Source: Thalia democratica
Lineage: Eukaryota
Direction: 5' to 3'
DNA length: 64,000 nucleotides
Assembly: GCA_965202585.1 (NCBI GenBank)
Contig: OZ241829.1
Coordinates: forward strand, 60,574,001 to 60,638,000
This document shows, one piece after another, positions 25,205-37,682 of this stretch. Numbering within the stretch: position 1 is the stretch's first letter; each line of letters starts with the position of its first letter. The notes beneath the pieces are model-generated. The model worked only from the letters and a program-made list of their open reading frames with translations. It did not search any database and was not told the DNA's origin. A program made the translations under genes and the position numbers.

Positions 25205-28200
25205 CTGAACGTATATAAATTAGTCACTTAAAAAATACTTAGCCTTCTCATGCTAAGTTTCTATTTCTAGTTCTTTTTTATTTATTTGTATATATTATTG
25301 TTTTCCTGTTTTTTATTAATTGCAACCTGTATTTTTTTTTTTGATTCGAGTTCTTTTAAGTAACTTTCGTAGACAGTTTTAAAGCCTTAATACTATTTTA
25401 ACACATTTAGTCTTTTAACAAACTATAATGTGATGTTGGTTTTTAAATTATTTTCATTTTTAAATCAATTCATTTTAGTTTTAACTTAATATATATTTAA
25501 AATACAATTTCTAGGTGCCTTGCTCATCTTTATATAACCACGGTCTACAAAAAATAAATAGAAGTTGTTTTTCCATTTATTTAACATATTTAATTCTATA
25601 AAAAAAAGTTACTTATTTTTATTATTAACAAACTTTTGTTAATTTTTTTATAATTTTCTGTGTAAGAATGGTTTAGGGGTAATAAAATATTCTATAGTAG
25701 GTATGTTAAGTATATATTTTTAATGAATTCAACATGATATCTTATATAAAAACTTTAAAAGAATATTACAGCCAGTTTTTTATTAATTAAAAAAATCTAA
25801 TAAAGATTGAGATTTAGTTTTTTTAACAAAATTAAAAAACGTAATGACCGAGAATTTTCATGTTAATTTTTGGAAGTTAGACTGCTCATTTAAAACCTTT
25901 TCTTTCGTTATTTTAGCTATAGACCTCAAATTTTCAGTTAACCTTTATTTTTTAGTTAAAAAAATCTGTTTTTAATACTGATAAAAATTCTTCAAAAGTA
26001 AGGTTAAATTTTTAGTACCAGATTTATTGTTGAAGTTTGGAAAAGATTGGTTTTAAGAATGGAGGAGAAGAAATAATTTTGTGAAATAATCTCTTCTCGA
26101 GTTTTTGATACGCGCCTTTTATTTATTGATCTCACAGACTTTGATTGCTTAGAAATCAAAACCTACTTTGAAATTTGTTAAGCGTTTAATATTCTCCATT
26201 ATTTCCAGACATTTTTGCCTCCATTTTAAATTCAATGTTTTTTACTGGGCTTCAGGTTTAATTTCACACTTTTAATTTGATTATATGACAACTTGATTAC
26301 AAAAATCTGAAATATTATAAAAAAAATTCCATGATCCACATCTCAAAATGTAACTTATAGTTTAAAAAATAGAACCTACCAGAAGGTCTATAATAAAATA
26401 TGACAGAAAAAAAATTTAAAAAGAAATCTTTCAAAATAATTTATTCACATTAACTTAATTTAATTAGAAATTGAAAGGTTTGAAGTTGAATTGTAGTGCA
26501 CATGTCAATTTATTACTATTTACATTATAACCATATCTTTATTAACAGGAAAAATCTTAAATATAATATTAAAAATATATAACAGAACACATTTCATTTT
26601 AAATTTATTTAAGTACTTTCAAATAGGCCTCGTCAGAAATTGTTTCCTATTTAATTTGAATGAATACAAATTGAAATAAAATTATACTGAAGTTTAAAGT
26701 TTTAAGATATAAAATGACGTAATAATCAAAAGTTAAAATTAAGTAAGTGCTAATGTTAAACAAATTTGGTATACTAATAAAACTCGGTAGAACTAAAACA
26801 ATCTAAATAAAAAAGCGAAAAAATTTTTTAAATTAAAACTATGTTTAAAAATAAAGTTAAACAAGAAACTAATTACGTTAAAATTACTAATATAAGGATT
26901 TAAAAAGTCTAGTTTGGTAAACAAACTTTTTCTGCTTGCATAAACTGGGCTTTAAAGATTGAATACATAAAGCTTCCAGAATATGCAATTGGAAAGAGTT
27001 CTCCGCTCCCACTAAGACTGAAAAATTGTCCTTTTTATAATTTTTAACACACTCAGGATTGTCCAACAAATGCTGCCCAATCGCCGAGAAGTATTTTTTA
27101 GTTGGTTTCTCAGAACGGCCATCAAACCACTTTTTCAAAACTTTCGGAAAGTTTTGAGCATTTTTAAGCATAGTTTTAATTTAAAAAATTTTTTCGCTTT
27201 TTTATTTAGATTGTTTTAGTTCTACCGAGTTTTATTAGTATACCAAATTTGTTTAACATTAGCACTTACTTAATTTTAACTTTTGATTATTACGTCATTT
27301 TATATCTTAAAACTTTAAACTTCAGTATAATTTTATTTCAATTTGTATTCATTCAAATTCAATAGGAAACAATTTCTGACGAGGCCTATTTGAAAGTACT
27401 TAAATAAATTTAAAATGAAATGTGTTCTGTTATATATTTTTAGTAAGTTATGCACCGGAAAAAAGCTCTTCAAATATAATATTCTTTGAACATTTACCGT
27501 TTTTCTTTTGCAAATTGTCACGCTTCCTACTAAAACGCTTCGATCGGTCCTTTTGAACATCAGTAGATTCTCGCACAATCGTCTATTTTTAATAAAAAAA
27601 GATTATAAGTGAATCTGAAATATTTTTGTACAAGTAAAATTTACCCTTGGATTTTCAGAGACAAAATACTCATCTTTCGGAAATTTTCTTCGACTAAAAA
27701 TACTGTTCAAAATTTATCTTGTTTTAGTGTACAACTTCATTTAAATTACAACATTATTTTAGAAATATTTAACACTCAGTGTATTTAAGTATATTTTTAC
27801 CTTGGCGAATCATAACTACTCTCATAAAAATCTTCACTGTCAAACACTTCTCTTCTATTTGACCCGGTGCGCCACCTATCACTTTTGGAATGGGCACTCC
27901 ACCACTCCGATCTGCTTTCGTGGTAGTTGTGCTGTCAAAATCAATTTGAAGTTTTTACTTCGAGCTTTTTAATTGGTTAACATCAAGTTTTGCTATATAT
28001 AAATACTTTCAATTTTTAAGTATAACTATTGACAGTAGGAGATAACCTTTTTTTTACTTAGTTTTTATCAAACTTACAACAAATATGAACAAAACTAACT
28101 CTTCTATTACTGGTATCATTGAAGTGATGAAAAACATGATCATCAGAAGATCTATCACTACTCCTATTTCTCAAGCGAGGTGGAACAGAATATTGATTTT

Positions 28201-31200
28201 TCTTATACCCATTAGACTCTCCACTTAAAATCAAAAGTTTAGGATAAAACTCAAAACCAGACTTTTAAGTATTATTCGTTTTATTAAATTTCAAAGTTAA
28301 TTGAGTATGATGAAATTAATAGTAGTTTAATATAAATAAAAAACTGAACATTCTTGTTTTTTGTTCTTGTATCTTTCAGATTATGTAACTAATTATTGTT
28401 TCGTTAATCAGTATATGTATATAACAAAAAATCCTTTTATCTATTAATAATACTCAAATCTTAACTGTTAAAATAAAATCTTATTTTAAATTACTTACTT
28501 AACTTTGTTACTGCTTATATTTTTTTAACTTAACATAATAGGTAGTTGTAATCGCATATATGCTAATACTATTTTATTTTTTTATTTGATACTTAACAAA
28601 AACATTATACCTGAATTTTCTGCTTGGACCGTGTCCATTTCCACTACTTTGGTTGATAGCTGTGATCATTAAACTTTTATCGGTTACTGTTCAAAACATC
28701 AGTTTTAGTTAAAAGCTTCTTAAAAAAAATACACAATACTTTTAGTTTTAATTCTTTAAGTTTAAATTATTTTATTATAATTCAGATATTATGAAATTTT
28801 TTTCCGGATATTCTCTTTCAATACTACTAAAAATTTTTGTAAATTATATTTTATACTTTCTTATTTAATCTGTTTTAGCTTTAATTTAAAAAAAACTTTT
28901 AACTTGCCATTGCTAGTTGTAGATTTACTCTCATTAAGACTCAACTTTTCCTTCATAATTTCCTCAACACTACTAAGTTTAGAATTTTTCTTAGTAACTA
29001 TAAACTCTAATTCTTTTTTAATATATTGTTTTTAGAATCTAACTGTTTTCATTTAGTATAAGTACATATATTAGGCTGTTTTATGTTTTTAATTTATAAA
29101 TAAATCTCTCTCTAAATACCTATAGAAACTTTTTTTTTTAAGTCTAACAATTTTTTGAACTTAAATTTTATTGTGATCTTTTCATTACTTTTCGTTTAAA
29201 AATTGGAGGATTTCATTCAACTTCGGCTTAAAACAATATTTAGTGCTATTTCATAAGTGTGAAAATTAATTTAGAATTTGTCAACTTTTTTCTTTTAAGT
29301 AGTATATACTTACTTAGGTTAGTTAGTTTTTTTAATCTCTTAAGTAATTTTAATTACTGTGTTAATTTACCCAGATGACTTAGATCGACCACTAACTGAG
29401 CTCATCTGATATTTTCTTAAACGATAGTTCTTTTTGTCTTTTGTATAACTCATTTGAGCTCTCGTGGTTTTACGTGTTCGATTTCTCTTCTTACGTGAGT
29501 ATCTATCTGTACGGTTTAAATAATCTATCTCATAATCATAAAACTTAACTGGTGGATTCATTTCTACCTTTTTTGTTGTAATTTTTCAACTTGATTACTA
29601 AAAAAATGACCATTTATTTATATTAAATTTATTTTCTAACTAACATCAACTTGTTTCTAGCTGAGTTTTCAAGTTTTAAGAGTAGTTCATGAAATAAGAA
29701 CTTAATAAGCTTAATTATAGATTAAGAAAATCTAATTAAAACCAAGCTTGTACTAAAATTTACGTAGTAAAGATGTTTATTATATTGTTATTGCTATTAA
29801 TATTATGACTGAAACGTTTTAGTCAACCAGGTATGTATTTACAATAATTGTCTTTTTTTCTTACTTTGTAAACGTTTGTACACTAAATAAAAACTAACAA
29901 AACTCCGGATCGAGGTTAGAAGCATTTACAACGGCTATTGTAAGAACTTGACCGAGATGCTCAATAAAACAAGTTATAGGTCCATTAAAAGGAGTTACTT
30001 CTTGCACATGTCCATACAGAGGCTTGCTAAAAATTTGTTGACTTTAAGACTAAATATTTTATCTGTAATAAGTTAGTTTAGAACATAAGTATATAGCATA
30101 GGTTCTTAAGCTAATTGGAATAAACACGTGATTTATAAGTGCTTAACATTTAAAACTCCAGATTTATTTTCTTGTAAAAGTTTTTTTATAGTCTTTTTTA
30201 CACATTTTCCACAAAAATTAGAAATTAATAACAACTTACCTGAATGTATTCAAATAAATTTTGCAACGGTCTCCTGTAAAAAACTTCATACCTTCAGACA
30301 CTGTGAAATCGATGAAGTGTGGCTCTTAAAAGTTATAATTAATTATCAACTATTTGTTAACTAGTTGTACTATCTATTTTTTTTACATGCTACTCATTTT
30401 TCTCTAACTTTTCTGTACAGAGCAATATATGGTGTTTTCTTTTAAAATAACGAAATAACCATGAACACTTCCGAACAACTTCAAAATTAATGTTTTAGAA
30501 AAAGTAGTTCACTTGCGTGCTAAATAAACTTAATTTAGTTTTAACTAAGAAAATTTGGCTCATTCTGGTATGTTGGCTTGAGTGAGTAGTAATAAAAAAT
30601 AATTCTAAGCTCATTCAAAAAACACAAAAAAAATAGCGAATGCGTATTTGCAAGTTGTTATAAATAGAAATTAGTGTAAAGTACTAAGATGTAAAAATTA
30701 ATCAATGTTCAAAGATACACTGTTTAAATATATAACATTCAAGCTATAGGTGTGTCAAATATTTTTTTTTAAATTAACGTAGGCTTTTATTTTCAACATG
30801 TTCAAATTTCATAGCACTTTATTTAGGTTTTCAAATATACTTAGTTTAATATTAAGGCTATGACCCAAACATTGAGGAAATTTATTTTATGGATAAGTAT
30901 TCATAGAATTTATAAAACTAGTTGAAAATTTTATCTCACCTCCAATGTTTAGTAAATGTACTTCGCATTGTGAAAAAAAAACATTTTGATGATTTGAGAA
31001 ATTAAATACAAGTACTTTATGACTATAAGTAAAATAAAATCCTAATTTCTTGTTTCTTATATAACTACAAAACGTTATCACTACAACTTTAAGAGAAAAT
31101 ATTACATTTATTGACCTTGTTTTTTTTGGCGTTATAAATTTTTCATTACCGCAAGATATATTACACTCTCTAACTTTGTTTGAATTAGAAAAGGTTATAA

Positions 31201-34200
31201 GCATTAAAAAAGTAAGTTAAATTTCTTTATATTGAAAATCTTTTTTATTAATTCCTTATACCCCTGTGGCCGTAAGAAACTTTTCTTGTGCTTCTCTTTT
31301 GTGATTCCCTACTAGCTGAGTATTAATTTATTTAAACATTCAAGTTCGAACTCATTTTATGGTATTGAGTATACAAAACACCAATGACATTTGATTAGTT
31401 TAGTTTATTCTTCAAAAAATATATGGTAACTTACAGTATAATATATAAGCTAGTTTTGAAGAAAGTATCAGTTTTATTGGACTGTTATAAAATAATAAGT
31501 TTTGTAAAAATTTCCTTATGATTAAATTTTTGGGAGAGAAGTTTACATGGTTAATTATATTAGAAATTTTTATTGAACACACATTTTCAGGTGATCTTTG
31601 TTGCATGATTATTGAACGTCGTATTATAGCATCTTTTAAATTTATGAGTATTTAAGTAAGCATTTTACAATGTAATTTAGTTTTCTAACTTAAATTTTAA
31701 ATATTTTAGAAAAATTGTTTAATTATTTAATATTTTTCAAGTCTTACAAAGGATTGTTTATTTTCATTGAGATCAAGTTGACAAGTTTCTAAAGAATTTC
31801 TTACTAAATGTATAATATTAAAATTTTACAATTTAATTCAATTTGAGTTTTGCCGCATATTTAGTTTTTTAAGTCAAGCTAGTATCAAAAAATTTCAACT
31901 TTTAAACACTAAAAATATTTCACCATCATTGTACCATATGCATTGGGTTTTAACTAACTTGCTTCGTACTTTATTTTAAGTATTTTTAGCTAGCAGTGTA
32001 AAATTATAAAAACCTGTTAATAATCAATTTGATGAGTTATACTATAATATACATTATGTTACTACACTAATAATTTCTATAACTTACTCCGCTTAGCAGC
32101 TATCCACAGATCGTAGGGAATATCTCTGTAAACTTCAGGATCAAGTCCCCGAATAAAATTAAGTGAAATAGGAAGCTTATAACCCAATCCCAATTGTGCC
32201 ATAATTGGTTTACTACAAATTTGAAGTGATTTCAAGTAAAAGTCATTATATATAAAAAAATTAAAACACAAACACGTTAAATAACAATCCATTTTTTTTT
32301 TGTCAAATATTTTAGATAACAATTTAAAAATAGACTAACTTTTTAGCTACAGTACCAACGCAGGGTGAAAAAAGAAGTTCTCTCGGAATTAAATCTTGCG
32401 GAGGCAACGTTTCAGCATCTTCATCATTACAATTAGATTTCACAGCAGGCTTAGCTGGAAAACTAGACAGCATTCTGAAAGTGTTTATTAACTTCTCCCG
32501 ATTACTCAACTGATGCCCAAGAACTTTCTCAAAAAGTATTTCAAATACTATTGCTGTTAAAAAAGTTTTATAAGCAAATAACAAATTGTATGAACATTCT
32601 TCTATTTGTTATTGCGTAGAAACAAATGTTTCGCTGAAGTAAGTTATCATATTTAAAATTTAGATAACTCTTTATTATTAAAAAGTCATGATAAAATAAA
32701 AATTTCATTTAAAAAAAGTGTATTGCAGTGATTTAGTCAAACTAACTTTAAATAATAGGATTTTGGCACATACCAATACATATATTTAAAAAAAAATAAA
32801 TAAAACTTATTCAACAACATACATTGACAAACAGCATGTGATTCGAAATAGTCAATGGGAAATACAGAATCGTACTGTTGGAGGCCAGAATTGCAAAGTA
32901 CAACTTTCTTGCCATAGCCCTTACCCGTAATATTTTCCGATGACTGACCAGGGTGCTGGTATATAAAGAAGTCGGCCCTAAAATTTACCGACTGATTTAA
33001 CAACTTCATTATTATTAAAGTTATAATATCAAAATATTAGATTGGATTATAAGAAACTAAAGTTATTTGTTTACTAAGCTTAACTATTGTTGGTCTGTAT
33101 TTCTAGATTATTTATCTTCAACCTTTTTTTGCACAGCTTGTTACTCGTAAATAATTTGAGTTCACTATGTAAAACATTTAAGTTAATCATAAAAAAATAT
33201 ATTCTATTCTTGATTGTCTAATTATTAATTAGCCTGTAAGGAACTGTTAATTTGTGAATTTATTACTATTTTTATGGAAAATGAGAAGATAAACAACATG
33301 GTTTTGTTTTCTTTTAGCACAACAAATCGTTTCCAAACATACTACTGCACTTAAGTGTACACCGTGAAAATCACTGCTCTTGGTTGTCAAGTTGTCATTT
33401 AAATATACTGTTTAAATCTTGCTTACAGAACTAAAAATTAAAAACAAATAACTAAATTACAACTTTCGAAGTATTATTTTAAGTATTTGATGACAGTAAT
33501 TTTAATGTGAATTATTTATTTTTATAGCGAAGCTTGAATACAAACAGTTAGTTCTTCTCTTTTAAAATATGTTTATATTCGAAATACTTATATGCTTAAG
33601 CACACAATTTATTTATATTTCATTTTTGTAATTGATTTAAGGTTTGTTTTACTGAAAAACATATCTAACTTGTTGAGGTTTTTGATATATATAAAAAAAT
33701 CTACTATTTATTATTCGGTTTTTAGTTTTAGATACATAACTTTTTTCTTTTTTATCATTACAAACAACATCAACTTTTTTTTGTTACTTGTGCTCACTTA
33801 AGCAATCAACTATTTACTACATTAGCTGTTTGAAAAGGTTTTCATACATACTATTTTAAGTACTAAAGAAACTTTTCGAGACCTTAACGTGTATAAAGGA
33901 TATATATTTTATTTGAAAAGTTTCAATACGAAACTGAGTACTTGAAAATAGAAAATAAGTAGATATACTTAAGATCTTATTTATTTTAGAATTAAATTTT
34001 GTTATGAACAAAAATAATTTGCTTCTATAACTTATCAATTGCTTGAGTGTAAGCAATACATCATACTTGTCTTGTATATCACATACTTATAGTTTCAAGT
34101 TTGTATTTACAATAATAAATTTAGTTTATTTGTTATACATATATAGCTCATCCTGAACCAAAAAAAATTGAGCTACAAAATTTACCTGTACATCATTGAT

Positions 34201-37200
34201 AAGGCTTTCATTTCGATTCTGTCCACACGCTCTTTTGTATTTGATATTCTCTCCAAATAATCTTCAAACGAACCATCAACGTCCTAAAACGTAAAACTTC
34301 TATTATAAATAGCTGCTTAAGATGACCTTAGAATTAAAATTTTATCAACAAAGCAATTGAAGTGAAAAAATAGAACTTAATGTTATTACCACACTTCAAA
34401 CTTAAAACCTAACCAGAAACTTTTTATGTTAATTAACATATTTAACTTATACATAACTTAACCTTAAGTTTTTAAACTGTAAGAGAGTTTTATTTAATAT
34501 AAAAATAATATTTCACTTCTGAAATAGTAACTTCAAAAAAACTGAAACTTTATCCTTGTTGATTTACAGAAAATTCTAAACCTATTATGTTTGTTTTATT
34601 TACTATTGAACTTGGATACCTTCATTTTAAAAGAAGATTGAAAGGTTTTAAAAGCCTCGAGAAGTTAAAACTTCAATAATATTTTTTTAATAATCTGTTT
34701 CTTTTTTCTTTAATATTTTAGATTAATTTTTTTTGAAGTGAGTTATTCCAACAGGTACTTAACGATTTCTTTTGAATGAAGAAAAATATTTCCAGTGATA
34801 CATTCTAATATGAACATAGTTTCAGTTAATTTATGTTATTTAAGCATATTAAAAAGTTCAAGAGAACTTATTATGTAACAAGTTTACAACTCAGTCATTT
34901 ATTTCTTAAAACTATCTTTAAGTATTAATTTTCCAATAAAATTAACTTTCAAACTGTCTTAACTTACTTCTACAAAATCCTTTTCATTCTTTCTAATAAA
35001 ACCAACACAAGCTTGTCGAATGCTTACATGATGGGATTGAGTTGAAAAAAGCTGAAAGTATATTTTAAATTATCTTAAGTTATTCACAAGCATTTATTGC
35101 TCATTCATAAAAAAAATTTCATTATACTGTTAACTTTAAAATAATTTACTATCATGAAGTACAAAGAAAAATCTATTAACTTAAACTAAATTAGGAACTT
35201 AGGTAACATAAGTTTTGTTTTAATTCGTTGTTTAACTAGGTTACATATTACTTTTTTAAAGAAAAATAATGTGTTATGTTTAAATTTTAAGTTTAAAAAA
35301 ATATTATAATTAATTAATAGCAAGAACGCATAATAGAGTTTTTTTTGAGTACTGTTGTTTTATGCAGTTTCTTAAAATTAACAATTAATTTCAAACAGTT
35401 AATGAAACACTTTATAAAACATAATTTTTAACTGAATTCGTTTTTAAAAACTGTTTTTTGGTAGATTTAGACTTTTTTTTGTAATTGATGCAATTATAAA
35501 TACAATCAAACATTCTTTCTATTTTGTATAGGAAACGTATTAGCTAAATAATCTACTGTGCTCATGTTTCTCAAGTTTAAAGATCACTGGTTTAAGTTAA
35601 TGTTTTATCTTTACTTTTTAAATTGCGGAATTTTTTGTTTATGTTAGTGTACTATCTTAATAAAGTATTTTAGACATATGTTTGATCACCAAGTTAGTTT
35701 TTTGACAGGAGTTAGTGAAAATTTTGAGGCTTTAAGACAAAAGTTCTACTGTAAAATTTATTTAACCTTTAACACTCAACTTTCCTTCTAAAATTTCCTA
35801 CACATGTTTTAAAAAATGAAAGCTTACGAATAATAAAATTATATTAAATATATTTAAATTTTGATGGATCATATTTAAAACATTTAACTCAACTTTATCA
35901 CCATATAAAATTTTTGTTACTAACAAATAGATATTTTATATGTTTAGATTTTTTGAAAACAAATGAAAAGATCTCAACTTCTAGATAAATAATATATTTT
36001 GTTCGTTCGACTTAGACTTAGTTATGGAATTTAATTTTCGGTCAAAGACCTTGTCAGTGCTTATATAAAATATTCATAAGGACTGACAAGGTCTTTGACC
36101 GAACTTTAGTTTTTGTATTTAAGTATACAAATGAATACAATATTACCAATTGTTCCACCACTAATAAAACAAAGTAAAACCCTATATACAGGGTTGCCAC
36201 TCGTTTTCCAATTTTTTTTTCAGGTTTTCCAAATTTTTTCCAGGTTTTAAAAAGTACACATTTTTGGGATTATTTGTAGCTTAAATCTAAGTTTAAGGTA
36301 AAAAACTGTGTTTATAGTAAAAAAACATAAAAAAGATACTGTAAAACTACTTTAAATATGTTTTTTAATAAAAAAAATTTTGATTATGATAAATTTTTTT
36401 TATTTAAATGATAGAATTTTTGAGTCAAATCAAAATTCTACTACTGAACATGTGAAAATTGTTTAAATTCAAGGTTTTTTTTGCCTAAATTGTCAAATTC
36501 AAGATTTTTTTAGGTTTTTCAAGGTTTCCAGGTTAAGTGGCAAGCCTGTATATACAAAAAGATTTCTAAATTTTATTTAGTACTTTTCAATGTACTGTAA
36601 AAACGTGAGTTAAGTAGTATTCAGGTATAGTAAGTCATTATTTTTTCTATTAACTATAAAGTAAGAAATGCTAAAAGAGATTTGGTCAATTTAAAATCAA
36701 CGTTTGCCTATTTTGAAGCTATAGTACAAATTATTTTAGTTTGATCTAAATATTGATTTAAATAAAACTTGTATGGACTTTTTTTTTCATCCTTTGAGTT
36801 TTTGATAAAATTTTTTGCTTATTTATTTTTAAGCATAAATATGCCAAGTTAATCATTTTTTAATTCAAATCAAAATTTTAGTAAAAATTTTAACTTTCTA
36901 GTCTAAACTTGAGTATATCTTAAATATTTCAAAAAAAATAAAAAACTTGTGTAGCAAGTATTTCATTATGTTAACTCATTTTATTATGTATTATATATTG
37001 ATAATTGAGCTAAAAAAATGAAATAAGTGTAATAAATTGCTTAAATGTGGTATAAATTAGTCTCAAAATTAGTCTCAAAATTTGTTATTATTATCATTAG
37101 CTAGTTTTAAATATTACATATTAAAACAAAATTAATATATTAAAAATAAAAGAGTCTTGTTTAAACTAAAGTTTTTGCTAAGGTTGTTCTTCATTTACTA

Positions 37201-37682
37201 TTAAATTGTCAAATTTTATTTAAGTTATACAAAACCTACTCAGGTATATACTATAAGCTTACCAAACTTTCGCGCTGGATTAAATTTTAAGAATTTTCCA
37301 TAGTTCTTAAACCTTAAATTTTAGGTTAATTAATTAAAAACAATTCTTTTACAGCATTTCACTTCAGATTTTTAAAGAACTTTGAAACATGTCTGTTTAT
37401 ACATACTGAATATATTAGTAAAGTGATATAGCAAGTTTTGCATTTATACTTTCTGATTAACTTTAACTAATTTATGTTTACATAACCTAATAATATATTT
37501 TTAACAATAATTAATTCGTATAAATTGCCCAATGGACTTACTTGTTCACCTACTGCTCTAAAAACGCACGAACCATCTTTTGGTAATGGCTTCCGTTTTA
37601 ACCCAATATTTTTCAGATGATCATCCATCAGATCCAACTTACTACGTTTGTAAGCTTCTCTTTGGTCAAAGTGCTTAGGCAT
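23097..37682 (-). CDS. OTUD4: OTUD4/ALG13/Otu-like OTU and Tudor domain protein (multi-exon gene, about 20-21 coding exons)
   Basis: Phase-consistent GT-AG exons 37682-37542, 35051-34968, 34283-34186, 32977-32823, 32553-32340, 32212-32088, 31632-31583, 31315-31262, 30273-30240, 30026-29899, 28686-28611, 28223-28100, 27931-27801, 27693-27645, 27582-27498, 25204-24984, 24685-24452, 24385-24211 and 23326-23097. Links 31262 to 30273 and 29899 to 28686 are unresolved (probable exons near 29371-29560 and 28908-29000). Motifs match OTUD4/ALG13 in order: DGSCVFRAVGEQ, LPISLNFIRGLDPEVYRDIPYDLW, GDRCKI..GHVQEV..NGPITCFIEHLG, PPRL, FYNLGV. Confidence 0.9.
26571..27441 (-). mobile_element. Young 5'-truncated Penelope-like insertion with 282-bp inverted arms, inside an OTUD4-like intron
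   Basis: Arms 26571-26852 and 27160-27441 differ at about 2 positions by eye. The centre encodes SAIGQHLLDNPECVKNY..FSVL..AENSFQLHILEALCIQSLKPSLCKQKKFVY, a GIY-YIG C-terminus of PLEs. Confidence 0.9.
29899..30273 (-). CDS. OTUD4: OTUD4-like Tudor-like exons (30273-30240 and 30026-29899)
   Basis: GDRCKIYLNTF(S)KPLYGHVQEVTPFNGPITCFIEHLGQ resembles the ALG13/Otu Tudor segment; the phase-2 junction AG|C is consistent. Confidence 0.8.
32823..32977 (-). CDS. OTUD4: OTUD4-like exon 4 (His-loop, with H replaced by Q)
   Basis: ADFFIYQHPG...KVVLCNSGLQQYDSVFPIDYFESHAVCQ; aligns to KVLLCFSNGNHYDIVYPIKYKESSAMCQ. Confidence 0.9.
34186..34283 (-). CDS. OTUD4: OTUD4-like exon 3
   Basis: DVDGSFEDYLERISNTKERVDRIEMKALSMMY(R); aligns to GSFEEYLKRLENPQEWVGQVEISALSLMYR. 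Confidence 0.9.
34968..35051 (-). CDS. OTUD4: OTUD4-like exon 2
   Basis: TTTCAG acceptor, LFSTQSHHVSIRQACVGFIRKNEKDFVE, GTAAGT donor; aligns to VLHSQSRHVEVRMACIHYL. Confidence 0.9.
35935..36110. mobile_element. Family A hammerhead fold-back, degenerate, in OTUD4-like intron 1
   Basis: Hairpin tttcggtcaaagaccttgtcagtgcttat / ataaggactgacaaggtctttgaccgaa (36037-36103); core CTGACAA in both arms; family A tail upstream. Confidence 0.7.
36189..36548. mobile_element. hAT-like MITE, family 1
   Basis: cagggttgccac ... gtggcaagcctg; TSD tatata on both sides (6 bp). Confidence 0.88.
37542..37682 (-). CDS. OTUD4: OTUD4-like coding exon 1 (catalytic Cys loop)
   Basis: MPKHFDQREAYKRSKLDLMDDHLKNIGLKRKPLPKDGSCVFRAVGEQ then GTAAGT; 141 nt, phase 0. 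Confidence 0.92.

Noticed and set aside
25860-26330. Exon-like stretches in the OTUD4-like intron
   Set aside because: Frames are interrupted by stops, and exon 27498 already joins in phase to 25204.
27160-27171. ATG start of the 94-aa ORF 26887-27171
   Set aside because: The ATG comes from the inverted-arm junction; the ORF is a truncated PLE endonuclease fragment, not a gene.
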